Part shown: piece after piece, positions 40,559-49,977 of the stretch
Position numbering within the stretch: position 1 is the stretch's first letter
How the letters are laid out: each line of letters begins with the position of its first letter
NCBI GenBank assembly: GCA_048885525.1
Contig: JBHLLP010000002.1
Coordinates: forward strand, 75,114-139,113
Source of the DNA: Candidatus Hermodarchaeota archaeon
Lineage (GTDB): Archaea > Asgardarchaeota > Lokiarchaeia > Sigyniarchaeales > SOKP01
Direction: 5' to 3'
Length of the DNA stretch: 64,000 nt
Position numbers and translations under genes: made by a program
The notes under the pieces: generated by a model
Seen by the model: the letters and a program-made list of their open reading frames with translations, nothing else
The model's database searches: none
Told to the model about the DNA's origin: nothing

Positions 40559-42049
40559 TTATTTTTCTACTTTAGTACCGCACCATTTACAGAATTGCTC
40601 TGTTCCGGTAAGTTTACTTCCGCATAAAGAACAGTTTTTTGCCTCAGCGGGAGTAGTTATAGAAGGAGTACCAATTACTCTTCCTTCTATTTTACCTCCA
40701 CAATTAGGGCAAAATTTAGAATCTGGTTTTAATGATGCTTTACATCGTTTACATTTAAGAATTTTTTCTGGAGCTTCCTCGGTTTTGACTTTATAGGGTG
40801 AAGGTTCAGTTGTGGATTTTTCTGGTGTTTGAAGTTTCAGTTTTTTCTGTCCTCTTCTTGCTATTACTGCTGCTAATAATATAATAATAACGACTACAAG
40901 AACTATAATTAAGATCCATTGAACATCTAGCCATCTATCTCTTGAAGTTAACCCAGTATTATATGTTACATCGAAAGTAATAGTAGTAGATTCCTCGGGC
41001 GAAAGCATAGGATCAAAATAAATAAAGAAATACCAGTTCCCAGGAGAAGGTATAGTATAAGAACCTGATATGGGCAAGCCTGGTTGTACAACTTGATTAT
41101 ATATTCCAGTAAGATCTATTACACCTGTAGCAGTATAATTGATTGTAAAATCGACAATAACAGATGAAACTCCTTTATTATACCATACGATATAATAATC
41201 TTGAGAAACACTAACATAATAAGAACCACTACTTTCAGTAACATTTGTTTCACTAATTAAAAATAATGGCGAACCACCTGCATCCCAATCATAGAAATCG
41301 TAAACATCAGCAATAAAGAAATCTATTTGATCACTCGCATTAAATTCATATTGAATTGATGAACTCGATCTTAAATACCACCATTCAGCCCAATATCCTT
41401 CATTACCCGGAATAATTTTTGAATCTACAACATCGCTTTCTATTGTAGTTGTAGGAAGATTTTCAAAGGGATTATTCCAAATAATAAAAGTTAAATCACT
41501 TGACAAAGATTGAACAGAATAGTCTATGCTTCCACTTTCAACATATTCATATTCATACCAAAATTCATTGAAATATAGAGTTTCAGTAGATCGGTAATTT
41601 ACATAGCCATTTAAATCAGCATCGCTAAAGGGAAACCAAAAAGCTACACCTGCAATTGGTAGTATTATGAGAGCGAGGATTATGATAAAAATTATACCTC
41701 CACCAACGTATACTGGACTATAGTACCATGGCCTATACCAATGTCCCGCCCAATAAGGTGAATACCACCATCTCCAATACCAAGGACGATGATACCACCA
41801 ATAAGGCCTATAATATCTGTGATGTGGTCTGTAATATCGATGTGTATAGGGTCCACTTGGAGATCGTGATGTTATTCTTGTTGCACCTGTTCTTCCAAAT
41901 GGTATTCCACCCCTAGATCCACCTCCTCTGTATCCTCCACCAAATCCACCTCCACGGAAGCCTCCACCAAATCCACCTCCACGAAATCCTCCACCGCGAA
42001 ATCCTCCGCCTCCTCCACCACGAGATCCTCCGCCTCCTCCACGTGGCAT
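40559..42049 (-). CDS. Two-TM membrane protein: RGG/FGG tail, W/Y/R-rich segment, extracytoplasmic beta-rich domain, two C-terminal zinc ribbons
   Basis: Architecture read directly from the translation. Confidence 0.85.
   Translation of the reverse strand: MPRGGGGGSRGGGGGGFRGGGFRGGGFGGGFRGGGFGGGYRGGGSRGGIPFGRTGATRITSRSPSGPYTHRYYRPHHRYYRPYWWYHRPWYWRWWYSPYWAGHWYRPWYYSPVYVGGGIIFIIILALIILPIAGVAFWFPFSDADLNGYVNYRSTETLYFNEFWYEYEYVESGSIDYSVQSLSSDLTFIIWNNPFENLPTTTIESDVVDSKIIPGNEGYWAEWWYLRSSSSIQYEFNASDQIDFFIADVYDFYDWDAGGSPLFLISETNVTESSGSYYVSVSQDYYIVWYNKGVSSVIVDFTINYTATGVIDLTGIYNQVVQPGLPISGSYTIPSPGNWYFFIYFDPMLSPEESTTITFDVTYNTGLTSRDRWLDVQWILIIVLVVVIIILLAAVIARRGQKKLKLQTPEKSTTEPSPYKVKTEEAPEKILKCKRCKASLKPDSKFCPNCGGKIEGRVIGTPSITTPAEAKNCSLCGSKLTGTEQFCKWCGTKVEK
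41907..42043 (-). repeat. GC-rich low-complexity tandem codon repeat encoding (F/Y/S)RGGG and FGGG units
   Basis: Plus-strand ccacctcc/cctcca iterations. Confidence 0.85.
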
Positions 42050-42051
42050 TC

Positions 42052-43050
42052 TTAATCTGACACCTCACTTGTTTTAACTTCAGAGCTTTCTACTCCTCGG
42101 AAAATGTAATCTCTATTGATTGCTAATATCAAAAGAATCATTGATATTATTGACATTGTTAGCCCTACAGCATCTATCCCTATTAATGGTGATGGGCTTG
42201 TAGTAGCGAAAGCAATTCCTAATAGTATCCATTCAAAAGCCATAAAGAATACTGCTAATCCAGGTATAACGGTCCTAATTTTCCATCCAGTTTCTAAATT
42301 TCTTGTATCAGAAAAACTTGTATAGATGATTGAGAACAAGCCAATAATACTAGAAAACAGCATTAAAATACTAAAAATTTCGATTACAATCCATATTGGG
42401 TCTCGTAAATTGTAAAAAGGAATCAAAATCCCAGGACCTCTTACGTCAAATAATGTAAAAAATAATGTTGGATCTCCCACTGAAGCAACCCCTAGTAGAC
42501 TCTCAAGATTACTATGTTTTCCAACAAAAAAACCAAAAATTCCACTTAATGGGAGAATTACTCCAAGAGTGAATCCAATAATTGCACAAACACTAGCGAA
42601 CCAGAATTCAACAACTTTTGTATTTTTTACAGGGATAAGTCCAATTTCATCAACTGTTCTATCTGGAATATAACTCCAGCAATCCTGGATTGTAGCTACT
42701 CCTATAAGTTTTTCATTTTCTACTACTGGTACAACATTTACATTTAGATCACGCATTCGAGTGAACGCTTCAGTGACAGGACTATCCAGTGTTACTGGAG
42801 AGATTTTATACATTGCAGATATCACCTTTGCAGTTTTAGCATCTGTTCCTTCTGCAACTACATTTTGCACAATATCAAAATCAGCTATAACACCAATGAC
42901 TTTTTGTTTTTCTCCTTTAACAACAACTAAATCTGGAACTCCTAATTCTTTCATTTTTCTTGCAGCTTCTTGAATCGTTGCATCTGAGTCAATTATTCCA
43001 TATTCATCATTGATTACTAAATCTCGTACAAAATATTCTCTTAAAGACAT
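42052..43050 (-). CDS. CBS-pair protein with C-terminal multi-TM domain
   Basis: Two CBS repeats (ATIQEAARKM..LVVV..IGVI; PVTEAF..VPVV..LIGV) then about four hydrophobic helices; ends 2 nt before the RGG gene. Confidence 0.85.
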   Translation of the reverse strand: MSLREYFVRDLVINDEYGIIDSDATIQEAARKMKELGVPDLVVVKGEKQKVIGVIADFDIVQNVVAEGTDAKTAKVISAMYKISPVTLDSPVTEAFTRMRDLNVNVVPVVENEKLIGVATIQDCWSYIPDRTVDEIGLIPVKNTKVVEFWFASVCAIIGFTLGVILPLSGIFGFFVGKHSNLESLLGVASVGDPTLFFTLFDVRGPGILIPFYNLRDPIWIVIEIFSILMLFSSIIGLFSIIYTSFSDTRNLETGWKIRTVIPGLAVFFMAFEWILLGIAFATTSPSPLIGIDAVGLTMSIISMILLILAINRDYIFRGVESSEVKTSEVSD

Positions 43051-43251
43051 TGATTATACATCCTTTTTTTAATTAAATTATTTTTTTATGAATTATCAAA
43101 AGAATGGAATATATAAATCTTTTTATTCACATATAATTCTCTATTATAAACTAGAAAACTAGGAATTGGTCTCTTTATGTTTAATATTATGTAATTGATA
43201 AGTTTAATAATCTAATAATAAGCGAACTTACATTATATAAACTTTCAATAA

Positions 43252-44043
43252 CTAAAATAATTCTATTATAGAGCTAAAGGAATTTAAGATTAAATAAGGT
43301 TTAATTTTTACATTATTTGGTTCAAAATTTTGACCTTTTCCTGTTTTTACTAAAATTGCTTTAATACCTGTGTTGATAGCTCCTTGAATATCGGATTCAA
43401 GGTCATCACCTACCACAATAACTTCACCTGGAGTAAGGTCTAGTTTCTTTAAAGCTTGTAGAAAGTATTGTTTTGAGGGCTTTCCAAATATTTTAGGTGT
43501 AGTATTAGCAGCATATGCAATCATTTGTATAAAAGATCCAGTATCTAGAACCGGTTCACCATTGCGATCAAGATAATATCTATTACCTTGTGTTCCAAGA
43601 AGTTGAGCACCTTTAAGTAAATATTTAAACGCAATATTTAGACGATTCACATCCCAATTATCATGAAAATCACCTAAAACTACAAAATCCGGTATTTCAG
43701 AATCTTTCACTTGGGGGATTTCTTTAAATTCTTCTTCAACTTCTGCAGTTGTGATAAAATAAGACTTTTTCTCTGGAAACTTAGATAAGAATTCTTTTAA
43801 AGCTATAATTGGTGTAAAAACTTCGTCTTTATTAATAAAGAATCCATATTCCTGTAATGTATTTAACACCGTTGTAGGCGATTTACTATCAGTATTAGTG
43901 AAAAAAAGAAATTTTAAGCCCATTTCACGAAGTTTTAAAATTGTTTCAATAGCCCCTGGAATCGGAATCCCTTTAAAATAAAGTGTTCCGTCTATATCAG
44001 TTAAGATTCCTTTAACTCCATTAAAAGGCTTTTTTTTACTCAT
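43252..44043 (-). CDS. HAD-IIA hydrolase (LHPP/HDHD2-like)
   Basis: DIDGTL, FTN, GKPS, VGDDLESDI, LVKTGK. Confidence 0.9.
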   Translation of the reverse strand: MSKKKPFNGVKGILTDIDGTLYFKGIPIPGAIETILKLREMGLKFLFFTNTDSKSPTTVLNTLQEYGFFINKDEVFTPIIALKEFLSKFPEKKSYFITTAEVEEEFKEIPQVKDSEIPDFVVLGDFHDNWDVNRLNIAFKYLLKGAQLLGTQGNRYYLDRNGEPVLDTGSFIQMIAYAANTTPKIFGKPSKQYFLQALKKLDLTPGEVIVVGDDLESDIQGAINTGIKAILVKTGKGQNFEPNNVKIKPYLILNSFSSIIELF

Positions 44044-44102
44044 TATTATTATAAAACCCAATGCTATTTTAAATAATTATTTAAATAGAACCGGTATATG
44101 AT

Positions 44103-44122
44103 CGTGAAAACTTCATTTCACG
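44103..44122. promoter_or_regulatory. Inverted repeat between divergent genes (candidate operator)
   Basis: CGTGAAA-ACTTCA-TTTCACG. Confidence 0.4.
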
Positions 44123-44266
44123 TTTTTTCATATATTTCTAAATACTATCTTAATAATATTAATAAAAAGTTTTGATTTAAGAATCTAAAAAGTTAATCAG
44201 GATTATACAATCATGTAAATAATTCAGTAATAAAAGTTAAATGGTTAATGGTGAATATATTTAAGC

Positions 44267-45526
44267 ATGAAAATTAGCAAAAGGGTTATTATAGCTTTAA
44301 TTACAGTATTTGGAGTTGCTGGTGCTAGTATTAGTACTTATTTTATTGTTATTTACATTGGTTCTACTGGTAATGGTTCCAATGGTAATGGTTCTGAAGA
44401 AAAATCTATTGATGTAAAGATTCAAGAGCTTATGGCAGAATATGAAATTCCATCATTAGCAGCAGCTATTGTTATCAATAATAGCATAGCGTGGGCTAAT
44501 GGTTTTGGCGACCAATCAGCTCTAGATACAGTGTATATGATTGGTTCAATTACAAAAACATTTACTGCAACTGCACTACTTCAACTTAAAGAGAATAATC
44601 TTCTTAATTTAGATGATGATATTAATGATTATATTCCCTTTAATGTAAAACACCCAAATTACTCAAGTACGCCAATAACACCACGCATGCTTTTAACACA
44701 TAAAGCTGGCTTACCAACAAACCTCTATTGGTCACTTGAGTATTACTTTGATAACCAGACAATTGATTGGATAAATAATAATTTAGGATGGGATATCATT
44801 AAATGGGCACATCGCCCAACTTTAGAGGAGTTCTTAAATGGTAGCTTAAATCCTTCTGGCTCCTATTATAATGATTATAATTGGCAAACACAACCAGGAA
44901 CAGAATTTCAATACTCTAATGCAGGTTTTCAATTATTAGGGTATTTGGTTGAAGAAATTACAAATCAATCTTTAGAGATGTACATTCAAGAAAATATTTT
45001 TGATCCATTAAATATGACTGAAAGCGGTTATTTCTATGCAGATTTTGTAGGAAAGCATGCTATTCCATATGAATGGCGATTAGGTAACAATTTCGAATTA
45101 CCTTTATACAATATCAATGTTACGGGAGCAGGATCGATAAGAAGCAATGTTTTGGACATGGCAAAATATATGAACGCTTTTATGAACGAAGGGGAGGCGA
45201 ATGGAACTCAGATACTAAGTCCTGCTAGTGTTAACTTAATGCATTCTATCCAACACCCACTTACTGGTACTACAGTAGAAGGTTTTACATTTGAAGGTTA
45301 TGGACTAGGGTGGAACATCTATGAAAGTAATTTTGTAGGGCATGGTGGAGCAACCCCTGGTTTCAGTTCTAATATGTTTCTTAAAATTACTAACAATGGT
45401 TCTTTTGGTGTTATTTTGATGTTTAATCGTGGTTCCGCCCTTTTATATGATAGCCTTCTAATTACAGATTTTATACCCCAAATTAACAATTTACTTTTAG
45501 AAGAAGCAGAAAATTTGTTCTACTAA
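44267..45526 (+). CDS. Membrane-anchored serine hydrolase, beta-lactamase/AmpC-like family
   Basis: N-terminal TM/signal, SITK (SxxK), LLTH..G, YSN, HGG. Confidence 0.9.
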   Translation: MKISKRVIIALITVFGVAGASISTYFIVIYIGSTGNGSNGNGSEEKSIDVKIQELMAEYEIPSLAAAIVINNSIAWANGFGDQSALDTVYMIGSITKTFTATALLQLKENNLLNLDDDINDYIPFNVKHPNYSSTPITPRMLLTHKAGLPTNLYWSLEYYFDNQTIDWINNNLGWDIIKWAHRPTLEEFLNGSLNPSGSYYNDYNWQTQPGTEFQYSNAGFQLLGYLVEEITNQSLEMYIQENIFDPLNMTESGYFYADFVGKHAIPYEWRLGNNFELPLYNINVTGAGSIRSNVLDMAKYMNAFMNEGEANGTQILSPASVNLMHSIQHPLTGTTVEGFTFEGYGLGWNIYESNFVGHGGATPGFSSNMFLKITNNGSFGVILMFNRGSALLYDSLLITDFIPQINNLLLEEAENLFY

Positions 45527-45653
45527 GTTCCTGTGATTAAAAAAAATGTGCTTTAAAGATAAAAGCAATTTTATTGAATTATTTTATAAATAAATTTTCT
45601 ATGAATCGAGGTAATGTGAATGAGATTAAATTATAAGAAATGAATATCTATCA

Positions 45654-47216
45654 TTATTTTTTTTCCTCGAGTTTTTTAATTAGTCCAAATTTTATTATAA
45701 TTGCAGAACTTATAACAATGATAATAAAGATGATCCAAATTGCTTCATAAGTCCAAATGTTCGTATACCATAGAGGTTTTGTTAAATTATTGAATTTATA
45801 AGGAGAATTTGTCTTTACCCATTTAACGCCTAGACACCATAATTGAGAATATCTTTCTTTTGCTTCTATTGTATATACAATTGTTGGTATATTTGATTCA
45901 AATAAAGCTTGGTATCCTTTATTTGAATATTTATCACCAGTATTAATATAAGAAAAATTATAAGGAGAAGATTCAAAATCGTTTAGGGAGGGAGAACCAC
46001 GCATTCCTAATAAAATCTCTGCTGCACGATTATTTATCATTTCAATCCATTCAATGTCACTGGTTGGAATCATAATTTTATCCAAATTAACACCAGAATC
46101 AATAGTCATATTTAGGAGAATTTCATAAAAGTCATCATAGAAGGGATGACCTGAGTCTGGTCTATAAGGATCAAAATCTAGATAAAGATCATTATCACGT
46201 GTAAAGTTAAGAACTTGTTCAAAAGTAGGTATTTTTATTCCTCTATATGATTCTGCTTGTGATTTTGATATAATTCCTTTTGAAATAGTATCAAAAGGAT
46301 CCTTTTTTATAAACCAAGAACCAGCATCTAATTCTTGGAGTTCTGAAAAAGTAAAACTCTCTGCTTTGTCATTTTTTCTATTAGGAAAATGATCTGAAAT
46401 ATTAGTTGTTCTCAGTAATAGATCGTCATGCATTAAAAAGGGAACTCCATCAAAACTAATCCGAATATCAACTTCCCAACCCACCACCAAATCATAATCA
46501 AGCACCGCAATACCTGACTCGATTGTGTTTTCTGGAGCAAGAGAAGAAGCTCCTCTATGTGCTATTAGATCTGGTTTAGAAGGTAATTCTCCGTAGATAA
46601 CAGTTGTAGGTATATATAATATGGGAAAAATATAAGCAAAGAGGTATAAAGAAATAAGGCAAGAAAAAATGAATTTTGATTTCTTATTTGGATCAATAAA
46701 TTTTTCAGAAAGGTAATTTTTAATTTTTGGAAAAATCTTGATTATTGGATATAGTGTTATAATAAGAAGGATATCAAGGAGAAAAAAGAAAAAGATACTA
46801 TAAAAATCCAAAACATATAGGATTTTTTTATATTCACCAAACATATCAAGAAAGTATAATATCACAATAAATAAAAGAGTGTAAAAAACAATTAGAACAA
46901 TTGGTAATATTCTATTTAATTTATGAGGGGAAATTTCATCCCTTTTTGTAAATCGCTTAATATTAATGAAACTTAGTGCCAAACCATATGGTAAAGGTAA
47001 TATTAGAACTATTCTTACTAAAAGAATAATATCAAAATCAAATCCTACCCAACTTGATACCTCTGAATTAATTTCATACCAATAGGGATCAAGAGCATAA
47101 ATTAACTCTGTAAATATTATTAAAATAACACATAAAATGACGTAAAGGACAATCCAGCGCTTCCCTTTTTTTCTTTGTAATTTATCTAATAATAACATAA
47201 TATTTTTAAATAACAA
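45654..47216 (-). CDS. Six-TM glycerophosphodiester phosphodiesterase, GDE2/GDE3 (GDPD5/GDPD2)-like
   Basis: Five N-terminal TMs; IAHRG..APENT, WEVD, FLMHD..L.RTTN, AGSWF..DPF, LWCLGV, PLW; one C-terminal TM. Confidence 0.88.
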   Translation of the reverse strand: MLFKNIMLLLDKLQRKKGKRWIVLYVILCVILIIFTELIYALDPYWYEINSEVSSWVGFDFDIILLVRIVLILPLPYGLALSFINIKRFTKRDEISPHKLNRILPIVLIVFYTLLFIVILYFLDMFGEYKKILYVLDFYSIFFFFLLDILLIITLYPIIKIFPKIKNYLSEKFIDPNKKSKFIFSCLISLYLFAYIFPILYIPTTVIYGELPSKPDLIAHRGASSLAPENTIESGIAVLDYDLVVGWEVDIRISFDGVPFLMHDDLLLRTTNISDHFPNRKNDKAESFTFSELQELDAGSWFIKKDPFDTISKGIISKSQAESYRGIKIPTFEQVLNFTRDNDLYLDFDPYRPDSGHPFYDDFYEILLNMTIDSGVNLDKIMIPTSDIEWIEMINNRAAEILLGMRGSPSLNDFESSPYNFSYINTGDKYSNKGYQALFESNIPTIVYTIEAKERYSQLWCLGVKWVKTNSPYKFNNLTKPLWYTNIWTYEAIWIIFIIIVISSAIIIKFGLIKKLEEKK

Positions 47217-47271
47217 ATTAATTGATTAGTTTATTTTTAACTATACTTCTAATAAGATTTTTGTTTCTTTA

Positions 47272-48060
47272 TTAATTAGATGGTTCAGAAATAAATTTGG
47301 TTTCTATTGGAGGACGAGGTGGTGCTCGGTAATATATTACTGATGGATATCCCATAATCATAATACCGAATATTTCATCATTTATACCAAATAAATTTCT
47401 AGCTATTTCTTTGTTTTCATTAAGAAATATCTGAACGCCTCCAATCCAACAAGAACCTAAACCTAATGTTTCAGCACCTAACATTGCATAGGTTATTGCT
47501 ATAACGGCATTCTTACTATCCCAATCATTTTTCGAATGGAGAATCATTATGTGAGGAGCCTTATAAAAAAATGGATCAATGTTTTCTTTTCTTTTTTTCT
47601 TATACTCTCCTCTCTCTTCTTCTGATTCTATTGCATCGATAATTGAATCTATTAAATCATTAATCTTTGTTTCATCTGAAATTACGAGGCATTTTAAAGT
47701 TCGTTTATTCATAGCTATAGGAGCATATCTTATACAATCAATAACTTTTTCAATTATATCTCTTGGAACTTTTTTATTTTGATAATGCCTAATTGACCTT
47801 TTAGAACGAATTAATCTATATATTGCTTCATACGATATTAATTCACTCGGTTCTTCAAATTCTAAAGTAGTATCGTTCATATTTTCATAAATTATAGCAT
47901 TTTCAGGACATACTGCAATACAATGCCCACACAATATGCATCTTCGGGAGTTATTGAAATTTATTTCATTGTTAGGACTATTATAGTTATCCATTGGACA
48001 CTCTTTGATGCATTCTTTACACAGATTGCATCTATCAACATTTATTCCTTTAATTGGCAT
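47272..48060 (-). CDS. Nitroreductase with N-terminal 2x[4Fe-4S] ferredoxin domain
   Basis: CNLCKECIKECP, CILCGHCIAVCP, KRSIRHY, LGLGSCWIG. Confidence 0.93.
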   Translation of the reverse strand: MPIKGINVDRCNLCKECIKECPMDNYNSPNNEINFNNSRRCILCGHCIAVCPENAIIYENMNDTTLEFEEPSELISYEAIYRLIRSKRSIRHYQNKKVPRDIIEKVIDCIRYAPIAMNKRTLKCLVISDETKINDLIDSIIDAIESEEERGEYKKKRKENIDPFFYKAPHIMILHSKNDWDSKNAVIAITYAMLGAETLGLGSCWIGGVQIFLNENKEIARNLFGINDEIFGIMIMGYPSVIYYRAPPRPPIETKFISEPSN

Positions 48061-48157
48061 TATAATATTGAAAATTTAATAAAACAATATTAACATTATG
48101 AATTACAGTTTTATAAATCGAATAATTAATACCTATTGATATGAAAAAAGACTCTAG

Positions 48158-48329
48158 GTTAAGATGGATTCTTAACAAATTCTTAAGTAGTAAATGGTTA
48201 AAATTCTTATTTTAGATTATTAGATTGACTTATCTAAGTTTTAGCTAATATTAATAATATATTCGATCTCCGATACATTTATATAGGTGTCTTTCCTTTA
48301 ATATCATAAGTTTTATCAAAAACTGATAT
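48158..48329. promoter_or_regulatory. Palindromes and TATA box in the nitroreductase/padR divergent spacer
   Basis: GTTAAGA-TGGAT-TCTTAAC (48158-48176); TTTATATA (48278-48285); ATATCA..GTTTT-atca-AAAAC-TGATAT (48301-48329). Confidence 0.45.
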
Positions 48330-48347
48330 ATTGGTGAAGTTAAAAAA

Positions 48348-48998
48348 ATGTTCTTTGGCAAACGATTCAGTGGTTATCAAGGCGAAGCTTTTTCAGGGTT
48401 AGACATTTTAGTGCTTTCAATTATTAGAAATCATGAAGGGATTTCGGGATATGAAATAAGTCAAATTATTAATAAAAAGTTCAAACCCATGTGGAGAGCT
48501 TCTCCGGGAACAATATATCCTTTATTAAATAGGTTAGATGAGAAGGGATTTGTCGATACTGAAGAATTTATTGATGAAAATAATCGACAGAAGAAGATTT
48601 ACAGGATTACTATTCAGGGAATAGAGAGGTTAAAAGAGGTCCTAAAAGATAATTTCGAACACAGTATGAATACACTTGGTGATTATATTCGTACAGTAGT
48701 AAATGCATGGTTGCCCCATGAAAAACGAATCAAGGGAGTTATGTCTTGCTTTCCTTATCATTGTGGAGCAGTTGATAGGGAAATTAATCAAGAAGATTTT
48801 TCATTGACAAATATTAATAGAGTTGAAAGAATATTGAGTGATTTAAATTATAGTAAGGAAAGGATCTCAATTAGATTAAAGGACATAAAAACTGAAATTG
48901 AAAAATATGAAGAAATTTTAAAGAACTTAAAAAGCATGAGAGAAGCAAACATCAAAACAATTCCTATTGTTGATGATGATGAGTATGAAAATTTTTAG
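48348..48998 (+). CDS. PadR-family transcriptional regulator
   Basis: SGYEI, SPGTIYPLLNRL..KG, KKIYRIT..G; C-terminal coiled coil. Confidence 0.92.
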   Translation: MFFGKRFSGYQGEAFSGLDILVLSIIRNHEGISGYEISQIINKKFKPMWRASPGTIYPLLNRLDEKGFVDTEEFIDENNRQKKIYRITIQGIERLKEVLKDNFEHSMNTLGDYIRTVVNAWLPHEKRIKGVMSCFPYHCGAVDREINQEDFSLTNINRVERILSDLNYSKERISIRLKDIKTEIEKYEEILKNLKSMREANIKTIPIVDDDEYENF

Positions 48999-49046
48999 CT
49001 TGATCCAATAAAAATTATTAAAAAAATATAATAAAAACGGAGGAAA

Positions 49047-49550
49047 ATGAAAATGTGTGATGAAGATTCCCATCATCATAGTCGTGGCCATGGTCAAAAA
49101 GGAATGGTTGGTTGTTTTCCATTTGACCCTCAACAAATGCATAAAATGAAGAAGATGGCTATGCATTTTATGAGAGGTTTTATGGGGAATCAAATTCCAT
49201 ACAATATTGAAGATCTTGGAGATAAATATTTGATTACTGTGCCTTTACCTGGTCGTACTAAAGAAGAAGTCAAGGTTTCTTTAATTAATAAACACCTTAA
49301 CATTAAATCAGAGAAACCTAAAATTCCAGAAAAGGAAAATATAGAAGAAGCCCCAAAGGAAGAGGAGATTCCTCATGAATGTTGTGGTCCGTTTTTCCGG
49401 AAAGGATTTACTTTTATAGATGTAGATATGGATATTACTTTACCTGTTGATGCGGATACCGATACCATCGTTTCAAAAATGGCTAATGGATTATTAAGGG
49501 TAACATTTAATAAAAAACCAGCCAAGAAAATAGACATTAGTGAGAGTTAA
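49047..49550 (+). CDS. Small heat-shock protein (Hsp20) with His/Cys/Met-rich N-terminus
   Basis: LPGRTKEEVKVS, LPVDAD, ANGLLRVTF; SD GGAGGA. Confidence 0.88.
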   Translation: MKMCDEDSHHHSRGHGQKGMVGCFPFDPQQMHKMKKMAMHFMRGFMGNQIPYNIEDLGDKYLITVPLPGRTKEEVKVSLINKHLNIKSEKPKIPEKENIEEAPKEEEIPHECCGPFFRKGFTFIDVDMDITLPVDADTDTIVSKMANGLLRVTFNKKPAKKIDISES

Positions 49551-49569
49551 TCAAACATTGAAATTAAAG

Positions 49570-49645
49570 GCGGAGCGCTTTAGACGTAAGATAATAAAGT
49601 ATCCAGAAGATTACTATTGTAAAATCCAACACTAAAGCACCCCAC
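49570..49645 (-). ncRNA. Candidate structured small RNA (three-way junction)
   Basis: Minus-strand 14-bp helix GUGGGGUGCUUUAG/CUAAAGCGCUCCGC, fully paired only with G-U wobbles, enclosing two hairpins. Confidence 0.5.
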
Positions 49646-49977
49646 ATAATATTATTTTTTTTTTATTTTTTAATTTACTGTTTAATTAAAGTTTTCATTT
49701 TATAATGTTATTTACTCTACAAAAATGTTATTTTAGTTCAAAATATTAACAAAAGAAATTTTATATCTTCAATCCATTAAATTACTTCAATGAATTTAAT
49801 TTATTCCTTAAAATAATCATTTAAAAACATTGATTCTCTAAAAAAATGAAAAATTAAGAATTTAAAAAAAGAAAGATTAAATAAATAAACTTTTTTAAAT
49901 TATTTTTTAAGAATTGCATTTTACATTACTATTAATTTTCGATTTATTTGATTGAAATAATAAAAGTATGAGTAAAT

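Noticed and set aside
44267-45526. Antibiotic-resistance beta-lactamase
   Set aside because: The motifs define only the broad serine hydrolase fold, which includes esterases and peptidases
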